From Owenia fusiformis (lineage: Eukaryota): a DNA stretch of 64,000 nucleotides. Both the position numbers and the translations under genes were made by a program. Below the pieces are notes generated by a model. That model was not told the origin of the DNA. It saw nothing but the letters and a program-made list of their open reading frames with translations, and ran no database searches. This document shows, piece by piece, positions 12,701 through 23,656 of the stretch. The number at the start of each line of letters is the position of its first letter. Positions within the stretch are counted from its first letter, which is position 1. Location of the stretch: NCBI GenBank assembly GCA_903813345.2, contig CAIIXF020000001.1:25172001-25236000 (forward strand). Direction: 5' to 3'.

Positions 12701-15700
12701 TGTCTAAATGCTGGTGCACAAATTGATGCCCTACAGGTATAGCTTTATTTAGCTCACATCATGTACATACAATTACCGAAGAAATCTATTTCCAAAGTTA
12801 TAAAAAAATATGCATCGAAAGGCCACGTGTATGTTGACTCTAGCTGAAAGATTCTTATTATATTATATAATATATATTACACTCGTTTATCGATTGTTTT
12901 CCGAAATCATTATTAGCACAGGTACGACACATGTATTTGAATACAAATCGGAGATTATGTTATGACTTTATTTTGTAGGATGATGGGTCCAACCCAATCC
13001 ACCTGGCCTGTTCACAGGGTTCTCTTGAAATGATAAAAGTAATGTTCGAAAAATATCCAGACTCCGTTGGTCATGTCATACGCCAAAAGGATGTGTTGAT
13101 GATGACGCCATTACATATCGCTGCACTGGTCGATAACCCTGAAATTGCAACTCATTTAATAGAAAATGGTGCATCTGTCCATGCCAAAGACAAAGAGGGT
13201 AGAACACCTTTACTTCTCGCTGCCTCTAAATGTAGTTGGAAAACAGTAGATGTTCTCTTGAATTTTAAATCATGTCTGGGGCTGAAAGATGACAATCAAA
13301 GGAACTTTTTACACCTAGCCATTATGAACGGGGCAAAAGTAGAAATGTTTCGATTCGAGCGACTGGAGGCAATAGAGGTACTACAATTGATCTAACACAA
13401 CTATCTCTTTGCATAATAAATATTAGATGTATAGGTTGTTTTATGTATTTTATTGAAAGTCTGCACTGTAAATACTATGCTTATTGTATAAATGTATTTG
13501 TTACGATATTGATAATTCTTCCCACTTGTCTTATAGTGTGCTAAAGACCTACTAGATGCCAAAGATGTTTCCGGATGTAGTCCATTGCATTATGCTTCAA
13601 AGGAAGGTCATTTGGCAGCTATAGCAGAACTAATCAAACTTGGGGCACTTCTGAATTGCAAAAACAATGAAAGGCAATCTCCTCTCCATTTTGCAGCAAA
13701 GTGAGAACATATATAACTAAATAATTTTGTTTTGATAATATTACAACTGATTGAAATAGATAAATTAAGAAAATAAAGACTCCTGACTTGTTTTGTCGCG
13801 GCTACTGTAAACAAAAAGTGCCTCGGTTTATAATTGTTTATTTGATAATTACTGTATATATATATTTTAGATATGGTCGTTATAACACGATAAGGCGATT
13901 GCTTGATAGTATTCAAGGATCAAATCTCATAAACGAGACAGATGGGGATGGCCTTACAGCTCTTCACATCGCATCTATGAATGGCCATACTAAAGTCATT
14001 CAACTTCTCATACAGAAGGGAGCTGTTTTACAAAGGTATTAAGATGGTCGTTCATTGTAATACGTCCCTGCAATGGTCTCTGTTTTTATGTCAATCATTC
14101 TTTTGAAATTTGACATTTTATGTTGTCATTTTTATCAATTTTAAGTCTCCAAGTGTTTCATCACATTCGTGTGTTCAAATAAGTGTATACGCCTTTAATA
14201 ATGATGATTATTTACTGGTGTTTTAAAAATATATGATCACGTTGAATACAAGTTCCCGTTGTTTTTACTGTTGATCAATTAATTATTCACTGAGCGAAGT
14301 TTCCAGAGAAAAGCAAGACCCGTATATGAATCAACTGGTAGCTGGATACGTTACTCTGTGTACATTACACAACCACTGGTAGACATTCCATTAGTAGAGT
14401 TCATTAGTCAGTTGTCACTTTTCTGTCTGAGTAACATGATTGTTTGTTCAGAGTAATGGCATTTTAAAAGCTTCTTTAATTATACTAAGTGAGTTTTGAT
14501 TAAGGCTAAATATGTTGCTGTTTCTTGTAATTATAATAGCTAACCTGAGTAATTTTTACTGATATTACATGTGAATAAATTATCAAAAATGCTTCGAGGC
14601 TCAATACACGGTACTTTGTAGTTTGCGGTAAACCTCCAATATGAACCCAGTAGTGCATGGCGTCAGTCCTAACACCTGGGTCGACACCATAAAGTTGGAT
14701 TATGAATATTTGAATATAAGCAATAACTTTTGTTTCAATTGTTAGCAATTGTTTCAGGGACAATAAAGGTAACAGTCCTCTCCACTTAGCGGCACAGAAC
14801 GGCTATACACAAAGTATACGATTATTGTTAAGTGTTCACACCCATCTACTAAACGCCTGCAACAAGGATGCGGTTTGTGTTTTTAAATATTGTACTTTTG
14901 AAGTTAAATTCTAACTATTTATTAAAGTTACTATGTAATATGTTATACAATTAAGCATATTTTTTTTGATTCAGTGAAGTTGATAACCCTCATTTATTTT
15001 ATAACTACAGTATAAATAGTATTATAAGGAATAGCAAGGCAAATGCCTATGCAGATCAGAGTCTAGTGTTGAACTAGTTTTGACCATTTACCTTTCGCTG
15101 CCAAAAATCCTTTTTAGGTGATGACCTTGATTATTTGACATATTCATACCTCATTTTACATTGTCGAGTTACATTGTATGAAGTCCGCATGTCATCATTA
15201 TATCTCATTGGAACGTTTTGTTAGGCAATTATACCCAGATTGCTTGTAAATGCCTTCTACACACCAGCCTCAACAAAGAGGTGGAGAAGATAGAAGAAGT
15301 AGAACGAGAGATTAGAGAGAGAGGGGGGGAAGGGGTGTAAACTTGACATTAAACTAATCCTCAGCAAAGCGTTTTGGTATTCATATAATTGTATTGTTTT
15401 ATAGGACAGTGCCCTTCATTTGGCTGCAGCAGAAGGCCAAACTAGTACTGTCACTCTGCTGATGACCATAGGCGCTGAATTCACAGAGAATATCAATGGA
15501 ATGACATTCTTTGATCTTGCTATACAGAACACTTATAAAGATGTTGCTTTAGCAATAGTCACAAATGACAGGTGCGAATTATGTATTAGATGCAGGACGA
15601 CTAGTTGGATATAATCTCCCAAAGTAGACAGCCATATAACGAATGAAAACTTAGAATAACTCGATTCTAGTGTTCCTCAAGACACTATTCTAACTACCCA

Positions 15701-18700
15701 GTATATGAACTAGCATAATTGTATTTAGTCGTTTTTAACCAATGGTATGCATATTGGCTGCAGAAGCAACTACTAGTATTCAAATTATATAAGTAAGTAT
15801 TAGTTATTTTTTATAGATGGCAGGAAGCAATGGATCTGATGACATCAAAGTATGGTTGTCCAATGCTTGGTCTTATTGAACACCTCCCAGATGTATGCCT
15901 GGTAAAATCATTCCAACTTTTAATTGTATTAAATTGTGTATCTCATTCTTCATGACAAATAGTAGTGTGTGACTGGTTCAATGGTATTGTAGTATTGTTA
16001 TTGTAAGTTCTTTCACTTGCAATTGTTTAATGACCCATAACATTCTACACTTTTAGGCTGTATTGGATCGTTGTCGAACAACATCGGGTCATGAACCAAG
16101 CCATAAATGTTTCCATGTAAGTTTGAAATGTGTAGGATTACAAACTTCAAGAGCTACGAATTTGGAATGTTCCTCAATTTAAATTCATAGTTCTCAAATT
16201 ACGATTTTTTCTTCTGACTTTAAAGTATGCACAAAGTAATCATCGAATGTTATCCATTTTCTTAATGCCTGGACATAAATTAACCTAGGCTGATTAATCT
16301 TCAAATGCTATTCATTCTTCTATTTGGCAGCATAAATTCGAATTCAAATACCTCCAAGCGCCAGTCGAAACAGTTGTGGCTTTGAAAAAGAAGGGAGTAG
16401 AAATATTACCAATGATCGCTTTGAATGTAAGTGACAATTATTTTTATCAAGAATCCATTTTACCAGCAACCTAGTCCTGACTTTAATAGTGAGAGAATTT
16501 ACAACAAATTATCTAGTTGGTATATTGAAATATTTTTAATATGATTTAAATAATTGGCGGAGGTTTTACTTATTGCTTTTTAATTGCTATCCCAAAATAA
16601 AGATGATGGTGCGATTCAACAGAATAGAATGCTTGTCACACCCTGTCAGTGTGCAGTTCCTTCAGATGAAGTGGTAAGTAATATTCAAACAAGATCTTCA
16701 TTTTATTTTAATATTAAGTTTGATTTTGGTTTTAGGCTTTATAAAATCATCAACAAGAGGCTGATCATACACCAATAGATCTGGATTGAAATGTATCTAA
16801 TTTTGGTGTTCCAAAACACCTTTTGCTACAGGCTGCCCCTTTCTTTACACTGGTGGACAATAAAAGTAGATTATGATCACACGAGGCGTAGATTATTTGT
16901 CAGTGAACAGTAAACTTTCCATTATTTCAGGCAGTCCTATGGTTGTGTAATCCACATGATGAACATAATTCTCTACATTATATTCCTTGGGTGCCTCACG
17001 AATTTCATTGTATCATCGAATGATCCAATGGGGCACAAGGATGAATATAAACGCATCAATGGGACTGAAGTACCTACGAATGTTTGGGAGAAGCACGAAG
17101 TTAGTCTAGGTCCAATTTAATTATGTGGATTGAGTTAGAAGCTATGCTTTAGATTTTTATGGTAATCATCAATTGTATTGGTCGCATTCGTTCGTATCAG
17201 TTGCATTCGCTGATATCCATCAGTTCTGAAGACATGGGGTAGGCGTGAATCACAGCTCATCTGAGAGAATAACTAATCTACCGTTCAAATTAGTAATGAC
17301 ATACTATACTATACACATACTATACAAACTATATTCAACCAACTATTGTGTATCTTATAAAAAACTTTATTTGAATTGAATCTTTTGCAGTATTCCGTAT
17401 CACAGCTAGTGCCTGCATCGATATTAGCAGCATTCTGTCTGGCCAATATAATCAAAGAATTCTTTCAGATGTTCCAGCAGGTTAGTGCATAGGTTACAAT
17501 TGTGCCATATGAAGTTACTCATGAATGTATTGTTAATGAGAAATTGACATTATTTGAGTTGTCCGGCGTTGAAGTGAATTCCCGCCACATGACATGCGCG
17601 TCGTCACGTGACTTGAATCCAAGCAGCCATTCACTGATTCAGAGCGGGTTTTTAATTTCTTTTCGAATTTTCAAACGTCTAGTTAATAATTCATTTCTGC
17701 GTACATTCGTAGGAAACGGTATTTGGCAGTTGTCAAGTAGATGGATGAACTTGGTTTGCATCTCCTATTGCAAAATATCGGGTACTCTATAGTGTTCCTA
17801 TCAGACACGCCTCTTTAAAATAACACAAGATAATACAATATATTATCCTACACTTAATGTACTAAATGTAAAATAACATTAAAAAATAAATTTGATATTT
17901 ATTGGCAAGATGAATAACCGGAGAATATCGTAACGATATACTTCGGGCGGAGGATATCGGGGCGATATACTCCGCTTGTTGATTTCCCGCCAAATTGACT
18001 CTATTTGGCATGAGATTCATTTTGCAATGATATTATACATTTAGTACACTCCTTGTAGGTGTAGGATAATAATAACATCCTATGATTTGTTTCAGAATAT
18101 CATTTTAATCTACTCAGTGATATTGATGTATGCACTCGTCGCTTTGCTCTCTCGTGCAGATATCAATATCACCTCGTAGATAAAAATGATATTCCTCAAA
18201 ATCATAGGATATCCTATAATTAAGTAGTACTGATGTTCAGTATATAATGATGGTGTTCATATTACAGGGCTTCAAATATTTCATAGATGTGACTAACTAC
18301 ATAGAATGGATATTGTATACAACATCAGCAGTTTTTGTTGTGCCCTCTCTACTTGGCTTTTCTACACACTGGCAGTGGGAATGTGGAGCAATCGCAATCT
18401 TTCTTGCTTGGTTCAACTTCTTACTTTTCCTGCAAAGGTATGTGCATTTTGTATTAAATATGTAACACAATATATCATATTTATATTAAGCAGTTACACA
18501 ACATATATTATACCACTTTAAGTCCAATTACAGTTGTATAACATGGGTCTATAACAACGATATACAGTGGAGAGTGGTATATCGTCATCGTATACAACTC
18601 CTCCGTATACACTCCAGCGTATACCACTGTAGAAGTGCATTCTGGGAACTAATGAATAGAAAAATCATGAAAATTTTCATGATTTCATAGAATTAGATGA

Positions 18701-21700
18701 CGTCATAAATGGTTCGAGATCAACATCAGCATTATTGAGTTGGCTATGGGATATTTTTATGGTTTTTAATTGTTATGATTGTGTTCGAATCAACTAGAAC
18801 TTAGAGTGGCATAATAAGATTATATAATGGTTCATTCTGCATATCGTGCATTTTATACTCTCGTGAGAATATAATATATTCACTCGTTCGCTACGCTCAC
18901 TTGTGAATATATCATATACTCACTCGAGTATAAAAACGATATACAGAAAGAACCATTATATAACCTCATAGTATCTAAGCGGTCAAAATATATCCCTGTC
19001 CTTTGGAATAAGTATGATCAATGTAAAGTATTCTCTAATATATTCTTAAATCCTATGATTTAATTTTCATTCCAGGTTCGACTTTTTTGGAATCTACGTT
19101 GTTATGTTCTTGGAGATATTGAAGACCTTGCTCCAAGTGCTCATAGTATTTTCTATACTTATTATTGCATTCGCGATGGCATTCTACATACTTCTATCAG
19201 GAGAGGTAAGACAGACAAAGAGAATATGACCATCGTGCTTTAATGTGTGTCAGTTCAAACCCGTCGAATGTACAACCCCACTATATATATATTTTTTGAT
19301 TCAGCAGTAACATTACATAATTTGATACAATATTCTAACAGCTTGATATCCTTTTGGATATACGAGTATAAAGCATTTAATTACAATAGTTTGTTATGAA
19401 ATAATGGCTTGTTCACTATACTATACTACTTCTTGCTGAATCTTAAATTTTCTTAAATAAACTAAATTTATCCCTGCTATTAATATCTCTTTCTTTTCTT
19501 TTAATTGCAGTTCCCCATATAAGAATGCAATAATTCAAGTGACTATATATAAGTGAATAATAAATTGATCTTAAAGATTCAAAGTTTAACTTGTTATGTA
19601 CCTTAAATAATATACCTAGTATTTGGGAGATCTGAAGAGAAACTTGTTTGATATGATCTTCCCATGATAAATTATCATCAATTATATGCTATAATGCATA
19701 AGAATATATTATTATAAATAGTAAATTGAGTAATATGTTACAAAAACTTTTATCATCTTATTAACTAGTAGATATCAACTATCAACATTGATATCACTCG
19801 AAATCAACTGATTTTCTCCATTTTCCACAGGCTACCCATGCGTTTAAGAACCCAGGCCTCTCTCTAATGAAGACAACAATTATGATGCTTGGTGAGATTG
19901 ACTACATCTCTCAGTTTGTCCAACCATACACAGATGGCGATGACATGACTCTACATTTTGGAGGCTTAACGTTTGCTCTCTTGGTTGTATTTGTGCTATT
20001 GATGCCTATCCTCTTAATGAACTTACTGGTGGGTATTCTCATTTTGTACTAAATATTGCAGGGTAACTATTGGTTCAGGTCTGGAGGTTTTTAGCATGTG
20101 TATATTAACGCCAGTATCCCATGATAGTACTAGTTCTCCCGATGGATAACACTCGGGAATATTTTTGATATTGAAATCAAATTTTATTGTCCCGCGCAAT
20201 CCCGCTCACGAAAATGGTATTCACCTCCTGCGAATTTTTGCGAATCAAAGCTTCCTATTACGTTCAGTAGGGTAGATATAGCAGGCTATAATGAGGTTTT
20301 TATGTGAGAAACGATATCTTCCAAACAAAATTGAAAAGATTTTGAAACGTAAAGAATATGAAAATTGTATAAGCCTAGCATCATGCTCCGGCACGGACAG
20401 TCAATGTCATAAAAATCTGAGATTATGCGAATGCCCTGTCATATTTTGTAGACTAAATATAAAGTCTGGTTTTGTTTCATACAGAAATCAGATATGGATT
20501 TTGAACTAATGATTTAATGAAGAGTCGTGAATAGCATGGGATAAAAAGCTTATTTACTGGTTGGCATTGCATATGGGTTTATTCGTGACAATATGATTTT
20601 CCCTCGGGAAATATCATATTTTATCCTATGCCAAGTAGAGTTCGGGTCGGATGGATATTGAGTTGGAAAAAGAGAACGGTGAGGGTAGAAACTCCAAGGA
20701 ATCTTTTCTAAAGTGCCTTAACAGGTTTTAAGAGGGTTATAAAAGTCCACACCCCTATTTGAAGGGCTTTTAAGGTCATATCTGAAATTAATTGCTGCGG
20801 TTAACATGGCCAAGGGGGGACTCGAGTCATTGACTTGTAATGTGGTGTAAAATTTAACTTTATTTTGGTAAAACACTAACTTTTAAAATGACTAACTTTT
20901 TCCCATTTGGGAGTTAAACCATGATACTTGGCGAATCAATGTAACTTTGGATAAGCTTTAAAATGATATATGACACATACTATGAGGACACTGGAATATG
21001 TCTGCCTAGGGGGGGGGGGCATACTTTCGGGACACCCTGTATATAAAAGTGTGTCTCATAACGTCTCCCGCTGGACAAAGTCATCCAAAAATACATAGCC
21101 AATAAGTGCCTTTGAAGTGGTGACAACAAAAAGTCAGACTTATAATATGAATTTTAATTGTATTGTAGATAGGTTTGGCAGTAGGAGATATAGAACAGGT
21201 CCAGAGAAATGCACGACTAAAACGACTTGCTAAACAGGTACACGTACATTGACGTTTCGAGGGCAAGCGAAACATTTATTCGTCATAAAACGTAAATTGG
21301 TCAATTTGCAATTAGTGTGAATCCATCCTTGTATTCTATCACACGTTGACCTAAATAAGACTGTTGAATTATAGCCGTTCTGTAGTGTCGTGATGTTTGT
21401 GGATATAGCTCTATCCTCTAAATACTATGCCTTGTTATAGTGGAATGTTCATTATTGGTAACTTAGTAAGATGATACCAAATATTATCAAAAATGTAAGT
21501 GATACAGGTAGTTCAATTATTTCGATTTAATCGAATTGAACTTCATAGTATCATCATTATTTCATCCGGTTTATATTTTCATATTATACAGGTGGAACTA
21601 CACACTGACATGGAGAAGAAACTTCCCAAACGAATCCTTAAACATGTAGAAAAGAACGAGATGAAAGTATACCCCAATTGTAATAAATACATATTTACAT

Positions 21701-23561
21701 GGGTGAGTGAATGTGATCATTGAGTTCAACCTTTAATATATTTCTTAAAATAAACCACATCGTATTGATGTGATTCGATCATATACAAGGGGTGATCCAA
21801 AAGTCTTGGACGCCCTGCTCTAATTTTGTTGGTTTTTGATAAAATTACTTTAAACTTTCCAATAATAAAGACCAACAACCTAACTTCTTTGTGTATTAAT
21901 TTCATGGAGAAATGATATGTTTTATGTAGTTTTCTAGACAGTTTTTGACATGGGGACCCTGCCACCCGGAACGGTATTCACACGTGACAACTTTCGCAAG
22001 TCTTGACCACTGTCTTTCTTTGAATTTTGAATGTTAAACCATGCTAGTTTACTTCCTTTCTTACTAGGCAACCAATTAATTGTGTTTTAATTATAATGTC
22101 ACATATGACAATGATCATATATGTCAAATTCTAAGAAAATGACATCAGACAAGCAACCCTCATTCTGGTATCATTTTTTGCTCCAAAATGGCTGCTGAAA
22201 TGCAGAACATGAAAGAAATCAAAGTGGAACAAAGAATACTACAAGATATTTTCACTATTATTGACCTTTAGCAGCTACCATATGCACAGTACAGTCTAGA
22301 TATGGCTCCGTGTGATTTTCTTCCTTTTCTCGAAGTTGGAAGGAGGATTGAAAGAAAATGTTTTTTGCTCATTGGATGAGGTTTAGATTGGCACTCCAAC
22401 AGCATTTGTAGCACATAACTGCATAAGGAATGGCGGTTTCATAAATGTCTTCCATTCATTGGTAAAGCGGTTTGAAAGATGGGTTCAAATTCGTGGAAAA
22501 TATGTTGAAAAGTAGGTCTTGATATATGAAGATGATGATGGCAGATGACACTCAGATTGGAAATCAGAAATTCTCTCATATAATGACTGGTGTTAGGTTG
22601 TGCAGCCGCACCTAAAGTATTTGCCATATTATAACAGTTGTGACGTGATTTGCTATATTTAAATACCGTTCCGGGTGGCAAGGACCCAGTGTTAAAAAGT
22701 CTCTACCAAAAAGCTAAAATATATCATTTTCTGTTGAAACTTATACACAAAGTTGTTAAGATGTTGATCTTTATTATCTGAAAGTTTCGTGCAATTATAT
22801 TAGAAAATAGCAACTTTTGGATCACCCCTCGTACTACAGTAGTGCAATACAGGTACCTGAACATATTCATATTTGTTGTATGCCATACGTGTTCCAGTTA
22901 TCCTATAAGTTGATACATGCCCAGAATGGTAGTCTCGGGGATGATAACGCCATGGGTGGTCAAGCTGCTCACCAGACATATGTATACCAAGAGCTATATA
23001 AACACAAACGACGGTGGGTATATAAATATAAAATACACCAAAACAATATTCGGAACTATTATATAATTTTAAATGATTCACATGCATCAATAATCTAAAC
23101 AAATTGTTAATGCTTTGCATGTCATTGGTTTATGGATTGATAACTACACATTCTCCAGTAAATTCAAGAAGATTTCACCACAACTAATGGGTTATATTTT
23201 TATATTATATATATTTGCTACGCGCAACAATTCGATACGATGCATGATGAGAATGATTAGGAAGAGGATTTCAATGTACAACTTTATATATTCGTTCTCA
23301 AGGTGCAAAGAAGTACAATTATTTCATGTTTTCAGTTTAAAAGATGTCACGTCGACATTGGAAAAACAATACGAACTTTTACGGCTGATAGTTCAGAAGA
23401 TGGAAATTCACACGGAAGCAGACTACCGTGATGAGGGTGACTCGGGGGAATGCTGGAATACAGACAAGACATCTTCATGGGGAACACCTTCCACGAGAAG
23501 AACAATCTTACAGAAAGCACATGCTGTGAGGAAATGGAGAAGAATTACAGACTCTTCTTAA
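9339..23561 (+). CDS. TRPA1: Transient receptor potential cation channel subfamily A member 1 (25 coding exons, 3720 nt, ~1239 aa)
   Basis: 25 GT-AG, phase-consistent exons give one ORF: ~17 ankyrin repeats; pre-S1 FKYLQ and MVRFNRIECLSHP...MKW; 6 TM; pore MMLGEIDY; S6 LLMNLLIGLAVGDI; TRP-like helix NARLKRLAKQVELH; coiled coil LEKQYELLRLIVQKMEIHTEAD. Confidence 0.96.
10710..10866 (+). CDS. TRPA1: TRPA1 exon 2
   Basis: tttcag|ATG...G|gtaagc; MAANGNIGEFERIFYADENRL...WTALHHAA. Confidence 0.93.
11283..11458 (+). CDS. TRPA1: TRPA1 exon 3
   Basis: aatag|AT...ACG|gtgagt; MTPLHIAV, LTPLHIAV. Confidence 0.93.
11588..11695 (+). CDS. TRPA1: TRPA1 exon 4
   Basis: tttag|GCT...CTG|gtaagt; DVNVGGEHGQTPLHLAA. 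Confidence 0.93.
12161..12269 (+). CDS. TRPA1: TRPA1 exon 5
   Basis: tatag|TTG...G|gtaagt; CKPCDIGFYPFHIA. Confidence 0.92.
12419..12516 (+). CDS. TRPA1: TRPA1 exon 6
   Basis: tttag|GT...GAA|gtaaat; NRPLHSAVNGGDI. Confidence 0.92.
12689..12736 (+). CDS. TRPA1: TRPA1 exon 7
   Basis: tttcag|GCG...CAG|gtatag; AVKICLNAGAQIDALQ. Confidence 0.9.
12979..13377 (+). CDS. TRPA1: TRPA1 exon 8
   Basis: tgtag|GAT...GAG|gtacta; NPIHLACSQG, MTPLHIAA, RTPLLLAA, RNFLHLAI. Confidence 0.93.
13537..13700 (+). CDS. TRPA1: TRPA1 exon 9
   Basis: tatag|TGT...AA|gtgaga; GCSPLHYASKEG, QSPLHFAA. Confidence 0.93.
13871..14035 (+). CDS. TRPA1: TRPA1 exon 10
   Basis: tttag|A...AG|gtatta; YGRYNTIRRLL, GLTALHIAS. Confidence 0.93.
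14758..14872 (+). CDS. TRPA1: TRPA1 exon 11
   Basis: ttcag|G...GCG|gtttgt; GNSPLHLAAQNGYT. Confidence 0.92.
15405..15571 (+). CDS. TRPA1: TRPA1 exon 12
   Basis: tatag|GAC...AG|gtgcga; DSALHLAAAEG. Confidence 0.92.
15817..15901 (+). CDS. TRPA1: TRPA1 exon 13
   Basis: tatag|A...CTG|gtaaaa; RWQEAMD...GCPMLGLIEHLP. Confidence 0.92.
16057..16116 (+). CDS. TRPA1: TRPA1 exon 14
   Basis: tttag|GCT...CAT|gtaagt; AVLDRC. Confidence 0.9.
16331..16426 (+). CDS. TRPA1: TRPA1 exon 15
   Basis: ggcag|CAT...AAT|gtaagt; FKYLQ...PMIALN. Confidence 0.92.
16603..16673 (+). CDS. TRPA1: TRPA1 exon 16
   Basis: taaag|ATG...TG|gtaagt; MMVRFNRIECLSHPVSVQFLQMKW. Confidence 0.88.
16931..17099 (+). CDS. TRPA1: TRPA1 exon 17 (S1)
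   Basis: ttcag|G...GAA|gttagt; SYGCVIHMMNIILYIIFLGCLT. Confidence 0.9.
17391..17480 (+). CDS. TRPA1: TRPA1 exon 18 (S2)
   Basis: tgcag|TAT...CAG|gttagt; NIIKEFFQMFQQ. Confidence 0.92.
18077..18210. mobile_element. CTCG-core hairpin element (Crypton-like end?) in TRPA1 intron 18
   Basis: Imperfect palindrome atcctatgattt...aaatcataggat around core gcactcgtcgctttgctctctcgtgc. Confidence 0.55.
18268..18437 (+). CDS. TRPA1: TRPA1 exon 19 (S3-S4)
   Basis: tacag|GGC...AG|gtatgt; NYIEWILY...QWECGAIAIFLAWFNFLLFLQR. Confidence 0.94.
18820..18963. mobile_element. CTCG-core hairpin element in TRPA1 intron 19
   Basis: ttatataatggttc...gaaccattatataa around core attcactcgttcgctacgctcacttgtgaat. Confidence 0.55.
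19076..19205 (+). CDS. TRPA1: TRPA1 exon 20 (S4-S5 linker, S5)
   Basis: tccag|G...GAG|gtaaga; FDFFGIYVVMFLEILKTL. Confidence 0.94.
19831..20028 (+). CDS. TRPA1: TRPA1 exon 21 (pore, S6)
   Basis: cacag|GCT...CTG|gtgggt; MMLGEIDY, LMPILLMNLL. Confidence 0.94.
21169..21237 (+). CDS. TRPA1: TRPA1 exon 22
   Basis: tgtag|ATA...CAG|gtacac; IGLAVGDIEQVQRNARLKRLAKQ. Confidence 0.94.
21592..21702 (+). CDS. TRPA1: TRPA1 exon 23
   Basis: tacag|GTG...TGG|gtgagt; VELHTDMEKKLP...VYPN. Confidence 0.93.
21786..22831 (+). mobile_element. Degenerate mariner element in TRPA1 intron 23
   Basis: TA TSD; ends C(A/G)AGGGGTGATCCAAAAGT; transposase relics YSLDMAPCDF (22290-22319, cf. YSPDLAPxDF) and LVKRFERWVQIRGKYVEK*. 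Confidence 0.88.
22898..23013 (+). CDS. TRPA1: TRPA1 exon 24
   Basis: tccag|TTA...CG|gtgggt; YVYQELYKHKRR leads into the coiled coil. Confidence 0.85.
23336..23561 (+). CDS. TRPA1: TRPA1 exon 25 (coiled coil, stop)
   Basis: ttcag|T...TAA; LKDVTSTLEKQYELLRLIVQKMEIHTEADYRDEG. Confidence 0.93.
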
Positions 23562-23603
23562 TTATTTTCAAATACACATTTTGAGTTTTGCAGTGTCTAG
23601 AAA

Positions 23604-23609
23604 AATAAA
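23604..23609 (+). promoter_or_regulatory. Candidate TRPA1 polyadenylation signal
   Basis: AATAAA 43 nt after the stop codon. Confidence 0.45.
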
Positions 23610-23656
23610 GCCACACATTCCCTCCCTATATGTTGTAGTTATTTCAGTGTTTGATA

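Noticed and set aside
11309..20052. Separate ankyrin and TM mini-ORFs as independent genes
   Set aside because: They are TRPA1 exons read through into introns
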